From an uncultured Gemmatimonadaceae bacterium (lineage in GTDB: Bacteria > Gemmatimonadota > Gemmatimonadetes > Gemmatimonadales > Gemmatimonadaceae): a stretch of DNA of 64,000 nucleotides. The notes below the pieces were generated by a model, which saw only the letters and a program-made list of their open reading frames with translations, was not told the DNA's origin and did not search any database. This document shows, in pieces, positions 53,473 through 62,485 of this stretch. A program made the position numbers and the translations under genes. Every line of letters begins with the position of its first letter. The stretch's first letter is position 1. Where the stretch lies: the NCBI GenBank assembly GCA_963843845.1, contig CAWJMB010000002.1:1056001-1120000 (forward strand). Reading direction: 5' to 3'.

Positions 53473-53994
53473 TCAGATCTTCACGACAGCATTCGCCCAC
53501 CCCGCCGCATCGCGATCCTGTTCGTACACCCGCTCCAGATCGACGACGACCGCATTCGCCGCCCGGCCGACCGCGAATCGGTCCATCCCGCGCGTCGCCC
53601 GCCCTTCGATGAACGACCCGTCGGGTCGGTATCTGGACTTGTGCTTCGGGCACTGAAAGCGCCCCGCGCCCTCGTCCCACCGCAGCGCCGTGTTCTGATG
53701 TGGGCACGCCAGCGCGAACGCGTAGACGGCGCCTTGCCAGCGAACGAGAATCACCTCGTGCTCGCGATCGATGGTCGCCCCGTCGCGCGTCGGGATCGCG
53801 TAGCTCCGCGTGTCACCGCGTGACGCGATCGCACGAACGAACTCGAGCGGCGCGAGCGCGTCCGCTCGGCGCGCGCCGACTCCGAGCAGCGCGGCGGCGA
53901 CGGCCGCGGCGGCGCTGCGGAAGAACGTGCGGCGGTCGACGGCGAGCGCGCAGCCGCCGCAGTCGGCGTCGTGAGCAGGGGCGTGATCGGTCAT
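53473..53994 (-). CDS. Tat-exported Rieske [2Fe-2S] protein
   Basis: Tat motif RRTFF plus hydrophobic helix; ligands CPH...CPKH. Confidence 0.88.
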   Translation of the reverse strand: MTDHAPAHDADCGGCALAVDRRTFFRSAAAAVAAALLGVGARRADALAPLEFVRAIASRGDTRSYAIPTRDGATIDREHEVILVRWQGAVYAFALACPHQNTALRWDEGAGRFQCPKHKSRYRPDGSFIEGRATRGMDRFAVGRAANAVVVDLERVYEQDRDAAGWANAVVKI

Positions 53995-54061
53995 GACGGC
54001 AGGGAGCAGGAAAGACGGTCGGACACGCCGCTCCGCAGGCGCGCTCGGCGTCGGGGGGCGG

Positions 54062-54628
54062 TCAGGCGGCGTTCGTGAGCGCCACCCCGGCGAGCAGGGT
54101 CGCGAGCCAGAGCACCGCACTCGTGATCGCGGTCACGCGGAGCCCTCGCCATTGCGCGGCGTCGGCCGACCCGCCGTGCGCGCGCACCCTGCGCTCCTGC
54201 AACGTCATCGCGCGGCCGTTCGCGAGCAGCAGCGCGACGAGCGCCATCTTCGTCCAGTACACCGGCGACGTGGCGAAGGTCTCGACGTCGGCCAGGAAGA
54301 GCGCGGCGCCCGTGACGGCCGCGACGAGCAACGCGCCGACCACTGTACCGTGCGCCTCGCCCAACGCGTCCAGCTGACGGGCGCGGTCCGTCGACCCGCC
54401 GCGCACGGCGCGCAGCGTGCCTCGGTCGAGCGTCAGCGCGAGCCCGCCCCCGATCAGCAGCGCGCCGAGGTGCGCGAACACGACGGCGGTCTGGGCGATC
54501 GTCGAGTCGTCGTAGAACCGCTTCCACGGCTCGACTGCCGCGGTGAGCGACGTCACCACCGACGCGAGCGGTGTCAGCGAGGCGAGCGGTGCGACCAGGC
54601 CGAGCGGCGCCGTGGCGACGACCGACAC
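54062..54628 (-). CDS. Four-TM membrane protein (DUF6644/CopD-like)
   Basis: VFAHLGALLIGGG, AVTGAALFLAD, SPVYWTKMALVALLLANG, SAVLWLATLLAG. GTG 1 nt after the upstream stop. Confidence 0.7.
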   Translation of the reverse strand: MSVVATAPLGLVAPLASLTPLASVVTSLTAAVEPWKRFYDDSTIAQTAVVFAHLGALLIGGGLALTLDRGTLRAVRGGSTDRARQLDALGEAHGTVVGALLVAAVTGAALFLADVETFATSPVYWTKMALVALLLANGRAMTLQERRVRAHGGSADAAQWRGLRVTAITSAVLWLATLLAGVALTNAA

Positions 54629-54629
54629 G

Positions 54630-55244
54630 TCAGTCGCGCCGGAACCACATGATCGCCGCTCCCGCCACGGCCGGCCCCATCGACGCGAGCGCGACGTTGC
54701 GGTGCCGGCGTGCCTCGTCGACGCCGCGGTCGCCGGCACGCGAACCCAGCACGCCGGTCGCCACGAACCCCGCGTCCGACGCGAGCATGAGGATCGTGTG
54801 CAGCGTGCGCCGTCCGCGCCCCGGCTCGACCGTGCGAGACTCGTAGAGGTTCCACAGCCCGGTCACGGTGTTGACCGTGAACAGCGCGCCGACGCCGATG
54901 GCGACGGCCGTGTGCGCGGAACGCAGCCCGTCGTCGGTCGACGTGCGACGGCCGGCGTAGAGCGCTTCCTTCTGATCGAGCAGGCGGTCGCCGAGGACGT
55001 ACTGCGCGGCGAACAGCGGAAGCATCGTGTAGCTGGCGTAGCGGTGGACCGCGAGTCGGCGCGCGTACGCATCGCTCACCTCGACCGCCCGACGACGGGG
55101 ACGGGTCGTGTCGCTCGCCGACGCGAGCGGCGGCACTTCGATCCCGGCCGGCCGCGCGATCGGCGTGAAGGTCGAGGTCGGGTCGGCCGACGTGGTGTCG
55201 GCCGCAGCGAGGGCTGCGGCGGCGAGCAGGGGGAAGAGGGTCAT
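54630..55244 (-). CDS. Membrane protein with four His-initiated helices (cytochrome b561-like)
   Basis: Signal/linker region, then AVHRYASY, SAHTAVAIG, TLHTILMLA, RRHRNVALA, each opening a hydrophobic helix. Confidence 0.7.
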   Translation of the reverse strand: MTLFPLLAAAALAAADTTSADPTSTFTPIARPAGIEVPPLASASDTTRPRRRAVEVSDAYARRLAVHRYASYTMLPLFAAQYVLGDRLLDQKEALYAGRRTSTDDGLRSAHTAVAIGVGALFTVNTVTGLWNLYESRTVEPGRGRRTLHTILMLASDAGFVATGVLGSRAGDRGVDEARRHRNVALASMGPAVAGAAIMWFRRD

Positions 55245-55359
55245 GATGCCGAGGAGCGAGGTGAAGCGGCGAGCGCGGAACGACGTCGGATAGATATCCA
55301 GTGCGCCCGCCCCAGTCGTCGGGGCGAGGCCGGCGAGTGGTCCGCCGGCGCCGACCGGT

Positions 55360-56208
55360 TCAGCGAAGCGCGCGCCGCACGTCGTTCAGCACGTCGAGCA
55401 GCGGCGTCGGACGGGCCGGCGAGGCGGTTCCCTGCTCGAGCTGATCGAGCACGTGCTCGAGCGTCGTCTGGATGCGCTCGACCGTCGCGCGGTGGCCGCG
55501 TGCGACCGACCATCCGGCGCCAGCACCGATCAGCATCGGCACCGCGGAGAGCGCGAGCATCACCGCCTCGAACGCCGGCGCCGCCGCGATCGCGGCGAAC
55601 GCCGCGACGCCGCCGCCGACGAGCACGCCGCCCCCGGCCGCCACGCCGCCGGCCGTGAGCCGCTGCTGCCGGCTACGCTGCACGTCGACATCGAGCCGCA
55701 CGAGCGTCTGTCCGTCGCCGGCGTCGGCGAGCGTGACGGCGAGCGACGTGACGCCGCGCAGCACGCGCCCGTCGCCGCTGCTCGTGAACCCGCGCCGCAG
55801 ACTGCCGAGGACGTCGGTGCGCGGCTCCCACAGCGTTCGCTCGCCCTGTCGGCGCACGACCTGCAGGCAGGCGTCGCGGTCGAGCCACCGTTCGAGCGCC
55901 GCCGCCACCGTCGCGCGCGGCAGCGGCACCACGCGCGCCGCCGACGCCGTCGCCGGCCCGGCGACGCTCGCCGCGAGCCCGTGCTCGACCGGCAGCGCGA
56001 TGCGCGTGCGCTCTTCGGCGATCGCGCGGCGCACGTGGTCGATCGACAGGCCGGCCTCGCGCGCCACGTCGACGAGCTGCGCCTCGGTGAGCGCGCCGCC
56101 GTCGGCCGGGTCGCTCGACGTGCCGTGCAGCTCCGCGGCGCGTGCGAGCACGCGGTCGACGGCGGCGCGGTCGAGCGCCGGCACGCGGACGGGTAGACGG
56201 TCAGCCAT
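55360..56208 (-). CDS. Hypothetical membrane protein
   Basis: VLARAAELH...LTEAQLVDVAREAGLS N-domain and two C-terminal TM helices. Confidence 0.7.
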   Translation of the reverse strand: MADRLPVRVPALDRAAVDRVLARAAELHGTSSDPADGGALTEAQLVDVAREAGLSIDHVRRAIAEERTRIALPVEHGLAASVAGPATASAARVVPLPRATVAAALERWLDRDACLQVVRRQGERTLWEPRTDVLGSLRRGFTSSGDGRVLRGVTSLAVTLADAGDGQTLVRLDVDVQRSRQQRLTAGGVAAGGGVLVGGGVAAFAAIAAAPAFEAVMLALSAVPMLIGAGAGWSVARGHRATVERIQTTLEHVLDQLEQGTASPARPTPLLDVLNDVRRALR

Positions 56209-56237
56209 GCGTGAAATCTACGAGGCGCCGAACGCGC

Positions 56238-57383
56238 TCAGATACCGCCGAGCACGATGTCGATCTGTCGGGCGAGCGCGTCGGCGAGCGTCGCCGGCAG
56301 CGGAAACGTCGTCGCGAGTGCGGCGGCGGCGTCAGTCGTCGCGCGTCCGCCGGCGACCGCCACGTAGTAGCGCGCATAGCCCGCGGCGAGCTCCGGCGCG
56401 GTCTTCTGCAACAGCAGATACCCGCCGCGCACCTGCGCCGCACTGACGTAGCGATCGGCGAGCCCCATCCGCTGATCGGCCGGCGACACGTTGTCGCTCA
56501 CGACGGCGCCTGCCGTCGAGCCGACGACCTCGTGCACCGCGACGTACACGGCCTCGATCGCCGCCGCCTCCGTCGCCGGGAAGGTGACGGTCACCGTCGT
56601 GCCGTTCGGGCCGCCGCTCGCCGTCCGCCCCTCGCCGCCCAGCGGCAGCGACAGCACGAGCTCCCCGGTGCGCTGCTGCGTGTTCGCGAGGAATCGGGCC
56701 AGCTTGCGTTGGGTCGTCGTCCACGCGTCGGTGACCGCGGCGCGCACGCCGCTCCGCTCGCGCTGCTGCGCGCTCCAGTACGACGCGTAGAAGCGCGTCT
56801 GCTCGTCGTCGAGCGCGCCGACGAAGACGCGGAGCCACTCGCGGTCCGCGGCCGTCGCGAACGTGCCGGCGAGCGACGCGACGGCGAGCGCCGACGCCTG
56901 GTCGCCGGCGCGCTGCGGGTCGCCGTTGGTCTGCACGAGGAGCTGCGCGGCGCGGCGCAGCTGCTCCCACGAGTCGAACGCGAACGGCGCGAACTGCGCG
57001 TTCAGCGCGAGGCGCGGGTTCGCGCCGAACCGCGCGCGGAGCCGGTCGCGCTCGGCGTCGAGCCGCGTCGTCACATTCCCTCGCAGCCGCGCCGCGCGCA
57101 CCTGCTCGGCGTAGCCGCGGCGGAAGAGCGGCACCTGTGCGGTGTCGTCGATGAGCAGCGCGAGACCGTGCAGCCAGAGGTCGACGTGGTCGCGCGACTG
57201 GACCGGCCAGACAGGCACGGTCGCCGCCGACGCCGCCGGTGTCCCCGGGGCCGGCGCAGGCAAGGGGAGCGGGCCCGTGCCTTCGGGCGCACCCGAGCGC
57301 GACGCGCAGGCGCCCAACGCCACGGTGCCGAACGTCACCGCGCCGAGCGCGATCGTGCGGAATCTGAAGCGGACGGTTCTCAT
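56238..57383 (-). CDS. Hypothetical lipoprotein
   Basis: Lipobox LGAC; ATGA overlap with the cytochrome c gene; HVDLWLHG, YVAVHEVVG. Confidence 0.7.
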   Translation of the reverse strand: MRTVRFRFRTIALGAVTFGTVALGACASRSGAPEGTGPLPLPAPAPGTPAASAATVPVWPVQSRDHVDLWLHGLALLIDDTAQVPLFRRGYAEQVRAARLRGNVTTRLDAERDRLRARFGANPRLALNAQFAPFAFDSWEQLRRAAQLLVQTNGDPQRAGDQASALAVASLAGTFATAADREWLRVFVGALDDEQTRFYASYWSAQQRERSGVRAAVTDAWTTTQRKLARFLANTQQRTGELVLSLPLGGEGRTASGGPNGTTVTVTFPATEAAAIEAVYVAVHEVVGSTAGAVVSDNVSPADQRMGLADRYVSAAQVRGGYLLLQKTAPELAAGYARYYVAVAGGRATTDAAAALATTFPLPATLADALARQIDIVLGGI

Positions 57384-58042
57384 GGGAGTGGTCTCGGGTC
57401 GGGCGCGCCGAACGTCGCGCTGTCGGCGACGACGCGCCCCGGGTGCGACAGCGCGTAGACGAACGCCGCGACGGCGGCGGTCTGCTCCTCGCTCAACTGC
57501 TCGTCGTACGCCGGCATCGCGATGCGATACGTCGGCGTCGCCGGGAGCCCGCGCGCGACGATGCCCCGGATCGCCTCGAGCGAGCCGCGTGCCATCGACG
57601 GCGCTCGTAGCGAGGGGGCCAGCGTCGGCACCCCTTCGCCGTTCGCGCCGTGGCAGCCGAGGCATCGCCCGACGCGCCGGTAGACCTCCTCGCCGTTCAC
57701 GCTGTCGCTCGCGGTGATCGTGACCGAGTCGCCGAACGCCGCGAGCAACGTGTCCGTCGAGTCGACGTGATCGGAGTGATCGAGTCGCGGCCGCGCGACC
57801 GCCGCCAGCAGCTCTGCCAGGCTGTCGGTGGCGGCCGTGTCGCGCGCCGTGTTGCTCTGGAGCACGCCGACCCCTGGCGCGAAGCCGTAGTAGAGCGCGC
57901 CGAGTGCGAGCGCGACGACGGCGACCGCGAGGAGGGAGAGGACGGGCCGGACCCACCGCCGACGTCGGTTGGGGTACACCCGCCGTCCGGACCTGCGGTG
58001 CGCGGACCGGTCGCCGCGCCCTCCGCCGCGCCGCGGGCTCAT
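57380..58042 (-). CDS. Membrane-anchored monoheme c-type cytochrome
   Basis: TM anchor, GEEVY...CLGCHGANGEG, APSL, distal MPAY, LSEEQTAAVAAFV. Confidence 0.88.
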   Translation of the reverse strand: MSPRRGGGRGDRSAHRRSGRRVYPNRRRRWVRPVLSLLAVAVVALALGALYYGFAPGVGVLQSNTARDTAATDSLAELLAAVARPRLDHSDHVDSTDTLLAAFGDSVTITASDSVNGEEVYRRVGRCLGCHGANGEGVPTLAPSLRAPSMARGSLEAIRGIVARGLPATPTYRIAMPAYDEQLSEEQTAAVAAFVYALSHPGRVVADSATFGAPDPRPLP

Positions 58043-58746
58043 CGCGCCGCGTCGCCCTCGTCCATCATGCGGCCGCACGTGATGCAGTACCGCCAGCCGA
58101 GGTCGAGCTCGGTGCTGCACGCCGGGCAGTGACGCACGGTCACGTTCTGCCCGCAGGAGGGGCAGAACGTCACGGCGCGCCCCTCCGGCAGCGGCCGCGT
58201 GCAATAGCGGCACGGCCCGCCGATCTCGGTCGGGCCCGACGGCGGTGCGACGCTGGACAGGCCGATGTCCGACGGCACGGTCGTCGTCGTACCGACCGGG
58301 TGGCTCGCCGCCGGAACGCTCGCCGCCGGAACGCTCGCCGCCGGAACGCTCGCCGCCGGAACGCTCGACGGGTCGCTCGCCGCGTGCACGGTCGGTGCGG
58401 CAGCTCCGTCGGCGCTGTGGGCGGGCGGCGCCGTGCTCAGCGCGACGGTCGCCCGCGTGTGGTCGCGGAGCAGCGCCGCGTCGGGCTCGGGTGCCGCGAG
58501 CGCACGGCGAAACGCATCCTGCACCGCGGCGTCGAGGCGCACGTATCCACGTTCTCCCGCGGCGAGCCGCATGAGCGCCAGCTCGTACTGCCGCACCGAG
58601 TCGAACCCGAGCTCGCGCCGGTTCAGCCGATACGGCACGAGATGCTCGGCCACGTCACCGAGGTGGAACGTGCGGTCGCGCAGGTGCGGATAGCCGTCGC
58701 GGATGTTCGCGACGAGTCGGTCGGCGAGGCGGTCGAGGTCGTCCAT
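58039..58746 (-). CDS. Double zinc-ribbon domain protein
   Basis: C-terminal CRYC, CPSCG, CPAC, CITCG; Pro/Ala linker with (ASVPA)n. Confidence 0.82.
   Translation of the reverse strand: MDDLDRLADRLVANIRDGYPHLRDRTFHLGDVAEHLVPYRLNRRELGFDSVRQYELALMRLAAGERGYVRLDAAVQDAFRRALAAPEPDAALLRDHTRATVALSTAPPAHSADGAAAPTVHAASDPSSVPAASVPAASVPAASVPAASHPVGTTTTVPSDIGLSSVAPPSGPTEIGGPCRYCTRPLPEGRAVTFCPSCGQNVTVRHCPACSTELDLGWRYCITCGRMMDEGDAAR
58303..58348. repeat. 15-bp tandem repeat in the zinc-ribbon gene
   Basis: (GCTCGCCGCCGGAAC) x3. Confidence 0.85.
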
Positions 58747-58809
58747 GCTGACAGGGCGGTGAGTGCGACCCGCCCTCCCGAGCACTGACCGTGCCGGCAG
58801 GCGGGCGTG

Positions 58810-58989
58810 CTAGCGTTCGAGGCGGTCGGCGTCGCGGTCGACGTCGCCGTCGTACTTCCCGCGCGCGGCGCCGCCGGCACGGTCGAGCACCCGCTCCACG
58901 ACCATCTTGTCGTGCACTTTCGCGTCCTTGTACCCGTAGACGTAGCCGATGCCGGCGCCGACCGCGAGGATGAGCAGCGTTCTCGTCAT
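58810..58989 (-). CDS. Small single-TM hypothetical protein
   Basis: MTRTLLILAVGAGIGYVYGYKDAK..., genome-typical codons. Confidence 0.6.
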   Translation of the reverse strand: MTRTLLILAVGAGIGYVYGYKDAKVHDKMVVERVLDRAGGAARGKYDGDVDRDADRLER

Positions 58990-59069
58990 GACGTCACACC
59001 CCGGATGCCACGGGGCCGGCACCCGCGCCGGACCCTCAAGCGAGGACGCTCGGCGCGCGACGGCGGCAA

Positions 59070-59120
59070 CCAGCCGCGCGACCAGCCGCGCGAGCAGCCG
59101 CCCGAGCAGCCGCCCGACCG
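59070..59120. repeat. 12-bp intergenic tandem repeat downstream of rnhA
   Basis: CAGCCGCGCGAC CAGCCGCGCGAG CAGCCGCCCGAG CAGCCGCCCGAC. Confidence 0.75.
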
Positions 59121-59121
59121 G

Positions 59122-59733
59122 TCAGTCGCGCGTGAACTCCGTCGGTCGCGGCGGGAACGGGTCGAGCGCAGCGCGCACGGCGCCCTTCGCGCGCTGCGTC
59201 GCGAGCCACGCGTCGAACCCCGACGGCACGAATCCCCCGGACGCCGTCTGCTCGGCCGCCGCACGCGTCGCGAGGAAGTTGGCGTACTCGTTCTGCGGAT
59301 GGCCGTTGTGTCCGCGCACCCACCGCCACCCGCGCTCGTGCCGGCCGAGCGACTCGACAGCGTCTTGCCACAGCTCGAGGTTCTCGATCGGGCCGCCTTT
59401 CCGCGTCCAGTCGCGCGCCATCCACGACGGCACCCACTGTGTCATGCCGTCGACGATGTACTTCGAGTCGCTCGTGAACACGACGCTGAACTGATGTCCC
59501 TTGCGCGACAGCCCGTCGAACGCCTCGATGACCGAGCGGAGCGCCATGCGGTTGTTCGTCGTGTCCGGCTCGCTGATCCAGAAGTCCCAGCGCAGGATCT
59601 CCGCCGACCGGGGGTGCTGCCACTCGACGAGCCCGCCCGCGCCGCCCGGCGTCTTCCCCGCGCGCCCGTTGCCGAGGCACGATTCGTCCGCGTAGACGGC
59701 GACGACGGGAAAGGTCGCGGTCGCGCCGCTCAC
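59122..59733 (-). CDS. rnhA: Ribonuclease HI
   Basis: YADESCLGN, PGGAGG, TTNNRMAL, FTSDSKYIVDG, IENLELW, WVRGHNGHPQNE. Confidence 0.9.
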   Translation of the reverse strand: MSGATATFPVVAVYADESCLGNGRAGKTPGGAGGLVEWQHPRSAEILRWDFWISEPDTTNNRMALRSVIEAFDGLSRKGHQFSVVFTSDSKYIVDGMTQWVPSWMARDWTRKGGPIENLELWQDAVESLGRHERGWRWVRGHNGHPQNEYANFLATRAAAEQTASGGFVPSGFDAWLATQRAKGAVRAALDPFPPRPTEFTRD

Positions 59734-59951
59734 CGCACGACCTCGAAGCCGTCGATCTCGTCGACGTACAGCTCGAGCCGGTCACCCGTCGTCGGGTGCG
59801 TCGCCTCGATCATCTCGCGCCCGCCGACGAGCCGCATCCGGCGCGGCACGACGACGACTTCACGGTTGCCAGGACGGTGCACGGCGATCCGCCGTCCGTC
59901 GACGATCGCGCGCTCGAGCTGGTCGTACTGCTTCGTGGTCAGGGTGGCCAT
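59730..59951 (-). CDS. Small protein resembling a stand-alone WYL/Sm-like domain
   Basis: 73 aa with GTGA overlap on rnhA; pattern LERAI...VVVPRRM...GREMIEA...LYVDEI. Confidence 0.7.
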   Translation of the reverse strand: MATLTTKQYDQLERAIVDGRRIAVHRPGNREVVVVPRRMRLVGGREMIEATHPTTGDRLELYVDEIDGFEVVR

Positions 59952-59970
59952 GCGATAAGAATAAACGGCC

Positions 59971-60029
59971 GCGGATCGGGGATCGGGCCGGGGCGCCTAA
60001 CGCTCGCCCGATCCGCGATCCCCGAATCC
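59971..60029. repeat. Heptamer palindrome (GGGGATC family) with GCCTAACG in its loop
   Basis: GCGGATC GGGGATC GGGC ... GCCC GATCCGC GATCCCC GAATCC. Confidence 0.7.
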
Positions 60030-60040
60030 TCGGCCGTCGC

Positions 60041-61210
60041 TCACCCGCACCACCCCGCGACCAGATGCTCCAGCACCGCCGCGGCGCGCGCGATCTCGTC
60101 GAGCGGCACGTACTCGGTCGCGGCGTGCGCGACGCCGATGTCCCCGGGGCCGAAGCAGATCGTCGGGATGCCCGCGGCGTTGAGCAGCGCGGCGTCGGTC
60201 CACGCGCTCATCCCGGCGAGCGGGGTCGGGGCCTCGCGCGCCGTGCCTAACGCGTCGACGAGCGCGCGTACGATCGCCGCGTCCGGCGCCACGTCGCTCG
60301 CCGGCTGCGCGAAGTCCAGCGTCACGGCGAGGTCGAGCGCCGGCCGCGTGGCGCGCACCGTGTCGATCACCGTGCGGATCTCGTCGTGCACCTGCGCGTC
60401 GGTCTCGCCGGGGAGCGTGCGCCGCTCCAGTCGCAGCACACACCGCTCGGGGTACGTCGAGATTCCGCTCCCCCCGTCGATCAGCGACGCGTGAATCGAC
60501 GGCCGGCCGAGCAGCGGGTGCGGCGGGCGGCGCACGAGCGTCTCCTCCTCGAAGGCGTCGAGCGCGGCGAGAAAGTGCCCCGCGTGTCGGATCGCGTCGA
60601 CGCCGATGTCGTAGCGGCTCCCGTGCGCCGCGCGGCCGGTCGCGGTGACGGTGAGCCACGCGAAGCCGCGGTGCGCCGGCATCACGCGCAGGCTCGTCGG
60701 CTCGGTGATGATGGCGCCGTCCGCGCGAATGCCGGCATCCACGACGGCCCGCGTGCCGAGGCTGCTGAACTCTTCGTCGGCGACCGCCGTGACGATCACC
60801 TCGCCACGCAGCGTACCGCGGTCGTAGGCGCGCACCGCGGCCGCGCACATGGCGGCGATCCCGGCCTTCATGTCCGCGGACCCGCGACCGTAGAGCAGCC
60901 CGTCACGGACGACCGGCTCGAACGGGGCGTGCGTCATCCCGTCCACGCCGACGACGTCGAGGTGGCCGTTCAGCATCAGCGAGCGGCCGGTCGCCGACCC
61001 GGCAGGCGGCGCGAGCCGCGCGACGACGTTCGGCCGCCCCGGCGCCGCGTCGCGCACGTCGACGGCGAAGCCCCACGCGGTCAGCACGTCGGCGAGCACG
61101 CGCGCGCACGCGCCCTCGCCCGGTCCCTCGGCGTCGAGCGATGGATTGCGCGAGTCGACGCGCACGAGGGCCGCGGTGAGGGCGACCGCGTCGCCACGAG
61201 AAACCGTCAT
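60041..61210 (-). CDS. ArgE/DapE family deacylase (M20)
   Basis: LMLNGHLDVV, YGRGSADMKAG, ADEE, TEPT, GRAAHGS, WTDAA, GPGD...AHAATEYV. Confidence 0.9.
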   Translation of the reverse strand: MTVSRGDAVALTAALVRVDSRNPSLDAEGPGEGACARVLADVLTAWGFAVDVRDAAPGRPNVVARLAPPAGSATGRSLMLNGHLDVVGVDGMTHAPFEPVVRDGLLYGRGSADMKAGIAAMCAAAVRAYDRGTLRGEVIVTAVADEEFSSLGTRAVVDAGIRADGAIITEPTSLRVMPAHRGFAWLTVTATGRAAHGSRYDIGVDAIRHAGHFLAALDAFEEETLVRRPPHPLLGRPSIHASLIDGGSGISTYPERCVLRLERRTLPGETDAQVHDEIRTVIDTVRATRPALDLAVTLDFAQPASDVAPDAAIVRALVDALGTAREAPTPLAGMSAWTDAALLNAAGIPTICFGPGDIGVAHAATEYVPLDEIARAAAVLEHLVAGWCG

Positions 61211-61281
61211 GTTCGAAGAGTTGACGTCACCGCCCCACCGAACGAGCTACAGCGGTTCATTCGACGCTCGTCCGCCGACGT

Positions 61282-62373
61282 TCAGTTCATCACCGTCACG
61301 CCGTGCTGATCGACCGCGACCGGGATCGCCTCGCCGAGCGGCGTCACGGCCTCGCGCAGCTCGTCGACGCGGTCGTCGTGTGCGAACAGCAGCACGCACC
61401 CGCCCCCCGACGCCCCGAGCGCCTTCGCGCCGAGCGCACCGGCGGCCAGCCCGCGCGCCACGATCGCGTCGATGCGCGGGGTCGTGATCGCCGGGTGCAG
61501 CGTCCGCTGATGCGTCCAGTGCTCGCCGAGCAGCGTCCCGACGTCGTCGAGACGGCCGGCGCCGAACGCGTCGCACATCTCGCGCGCGATCGACCGCATC
61601 CGCGCGAGCGCGGACACGACGCGCGCCTCGCCGGCGCGGTAGCCGTCCAGCACCGCGGTGATGTTCTCCGACGAGATGCGCGACTCGCCGGTGTAGAGCA
61701 CGACCGCACGCCGCGCGAACGCGTCGAGCGTCGCCGGGGCGACGGCGAGCCGCGTCACCTGCACGGGCGGCGTCGCGGCGTCGGCGCCGAAGTCGAGTCG
61801 TAGCGCCCCGCCGAACGCCGCCGCGTAGTGATCCTGCCGACCACCGGCGATCCCCGCCTCCTCGACTTCGACGGCGCGGCTCGATTCGGCCAGGGCCACG
61901 CGTGTGGCGTGGTCGAAGTCGTCGCGATGCGTTCGGTCGGGCCCGTTCGGGCTCGATGCGTTGGCGTGAGCCATGGTCGCGTTAGGCAGCCGCGCCGTCA
62001 GCAGCGCCGCCGCCAGCGCGACCCCCGCCGCCGACGAGCCGCCGAGCCCGGCGCCGATCGGAAAGTCGCTCCACACGTCGACCGACGTCGGTGGCGACCC
62101 CATGCGTCGCAGTGCGGCCGCGGCGAGCGAGGGGAGCCGTTCGTGTCGGCCGCGGACGTCGCGCGGCGCCGGTGCGGCGGCGGACGCCGTGCCACCGACG
62201 CGCACCGTCGCGTACCGCGCGATCGCGACGTTGCAGACGCAGCCGCCGACCTCGTCGCAGTACGGAGGCACGTCGGTCCAACCACCTGCGAGGTCGAGCC
62301 GCACCGGCGCCCGCACCGTCGTCGTGCGCAGCGACGCGGGAGACCCGACCGTCGGCGCGGCGCCGGTCAGCAC
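61282..62373 (-). CDS. GHMP family sugar kinase (HddA/fucokinase-like)
   Basis: APVRLDLAGGWTD, PIGAGLGGSSA, GGRQDHYAAAFGG, GAKALGASGGG. Start position uncertain. Confidence 0.85.
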   Translation of the reverse strand: MLTGAAPTVGSPASLRTTTVRAPVRLDLAGGWTDVPPYCDEVGGCVCNVAIARYATVRVGGTASAAAPAPRDVRGRHERLPSLAAAALRRMGSPPTSVDVWSDFPIGAGLGGSSAAGVALAAALLTARLPNATMAHANASSPNGPDRTHRDDFDHATRVALAESSRAVEVEEAGIAGGRQDHYAAAFGGALRLDFGADAATPPVQVTRLAVAPATLDAFARRAVVLYTGESRISSENITAVLDGYRAGEARVVSALARMRSIAREMCDAFGAGRLDDVGTLLGEHWTHQRTLHPAITTPRIDAIVARGLAAGALGAKALGASGGGCVLLFAHDDRVDELREAVTPLGEAIPVAVDQHGVTVMN

Positions 62374-62485
62374 CAGACCCACGAGCTTGGATGATCGGCA
62401 CGTCGCATCGGGGCGAAAGGTACGTCCACGCCGCGCGTCCGCGACAGCGTGGTGCGGGGCACTCCTTTTGCCCGTGACCCCAAGG

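Noticed and set aside
58303..59120. Short direct repeats as a possible CRISPR array
   Set aside because: Units of 12-15 bp are directly adjacent with no spacers, and there are no cas genes.
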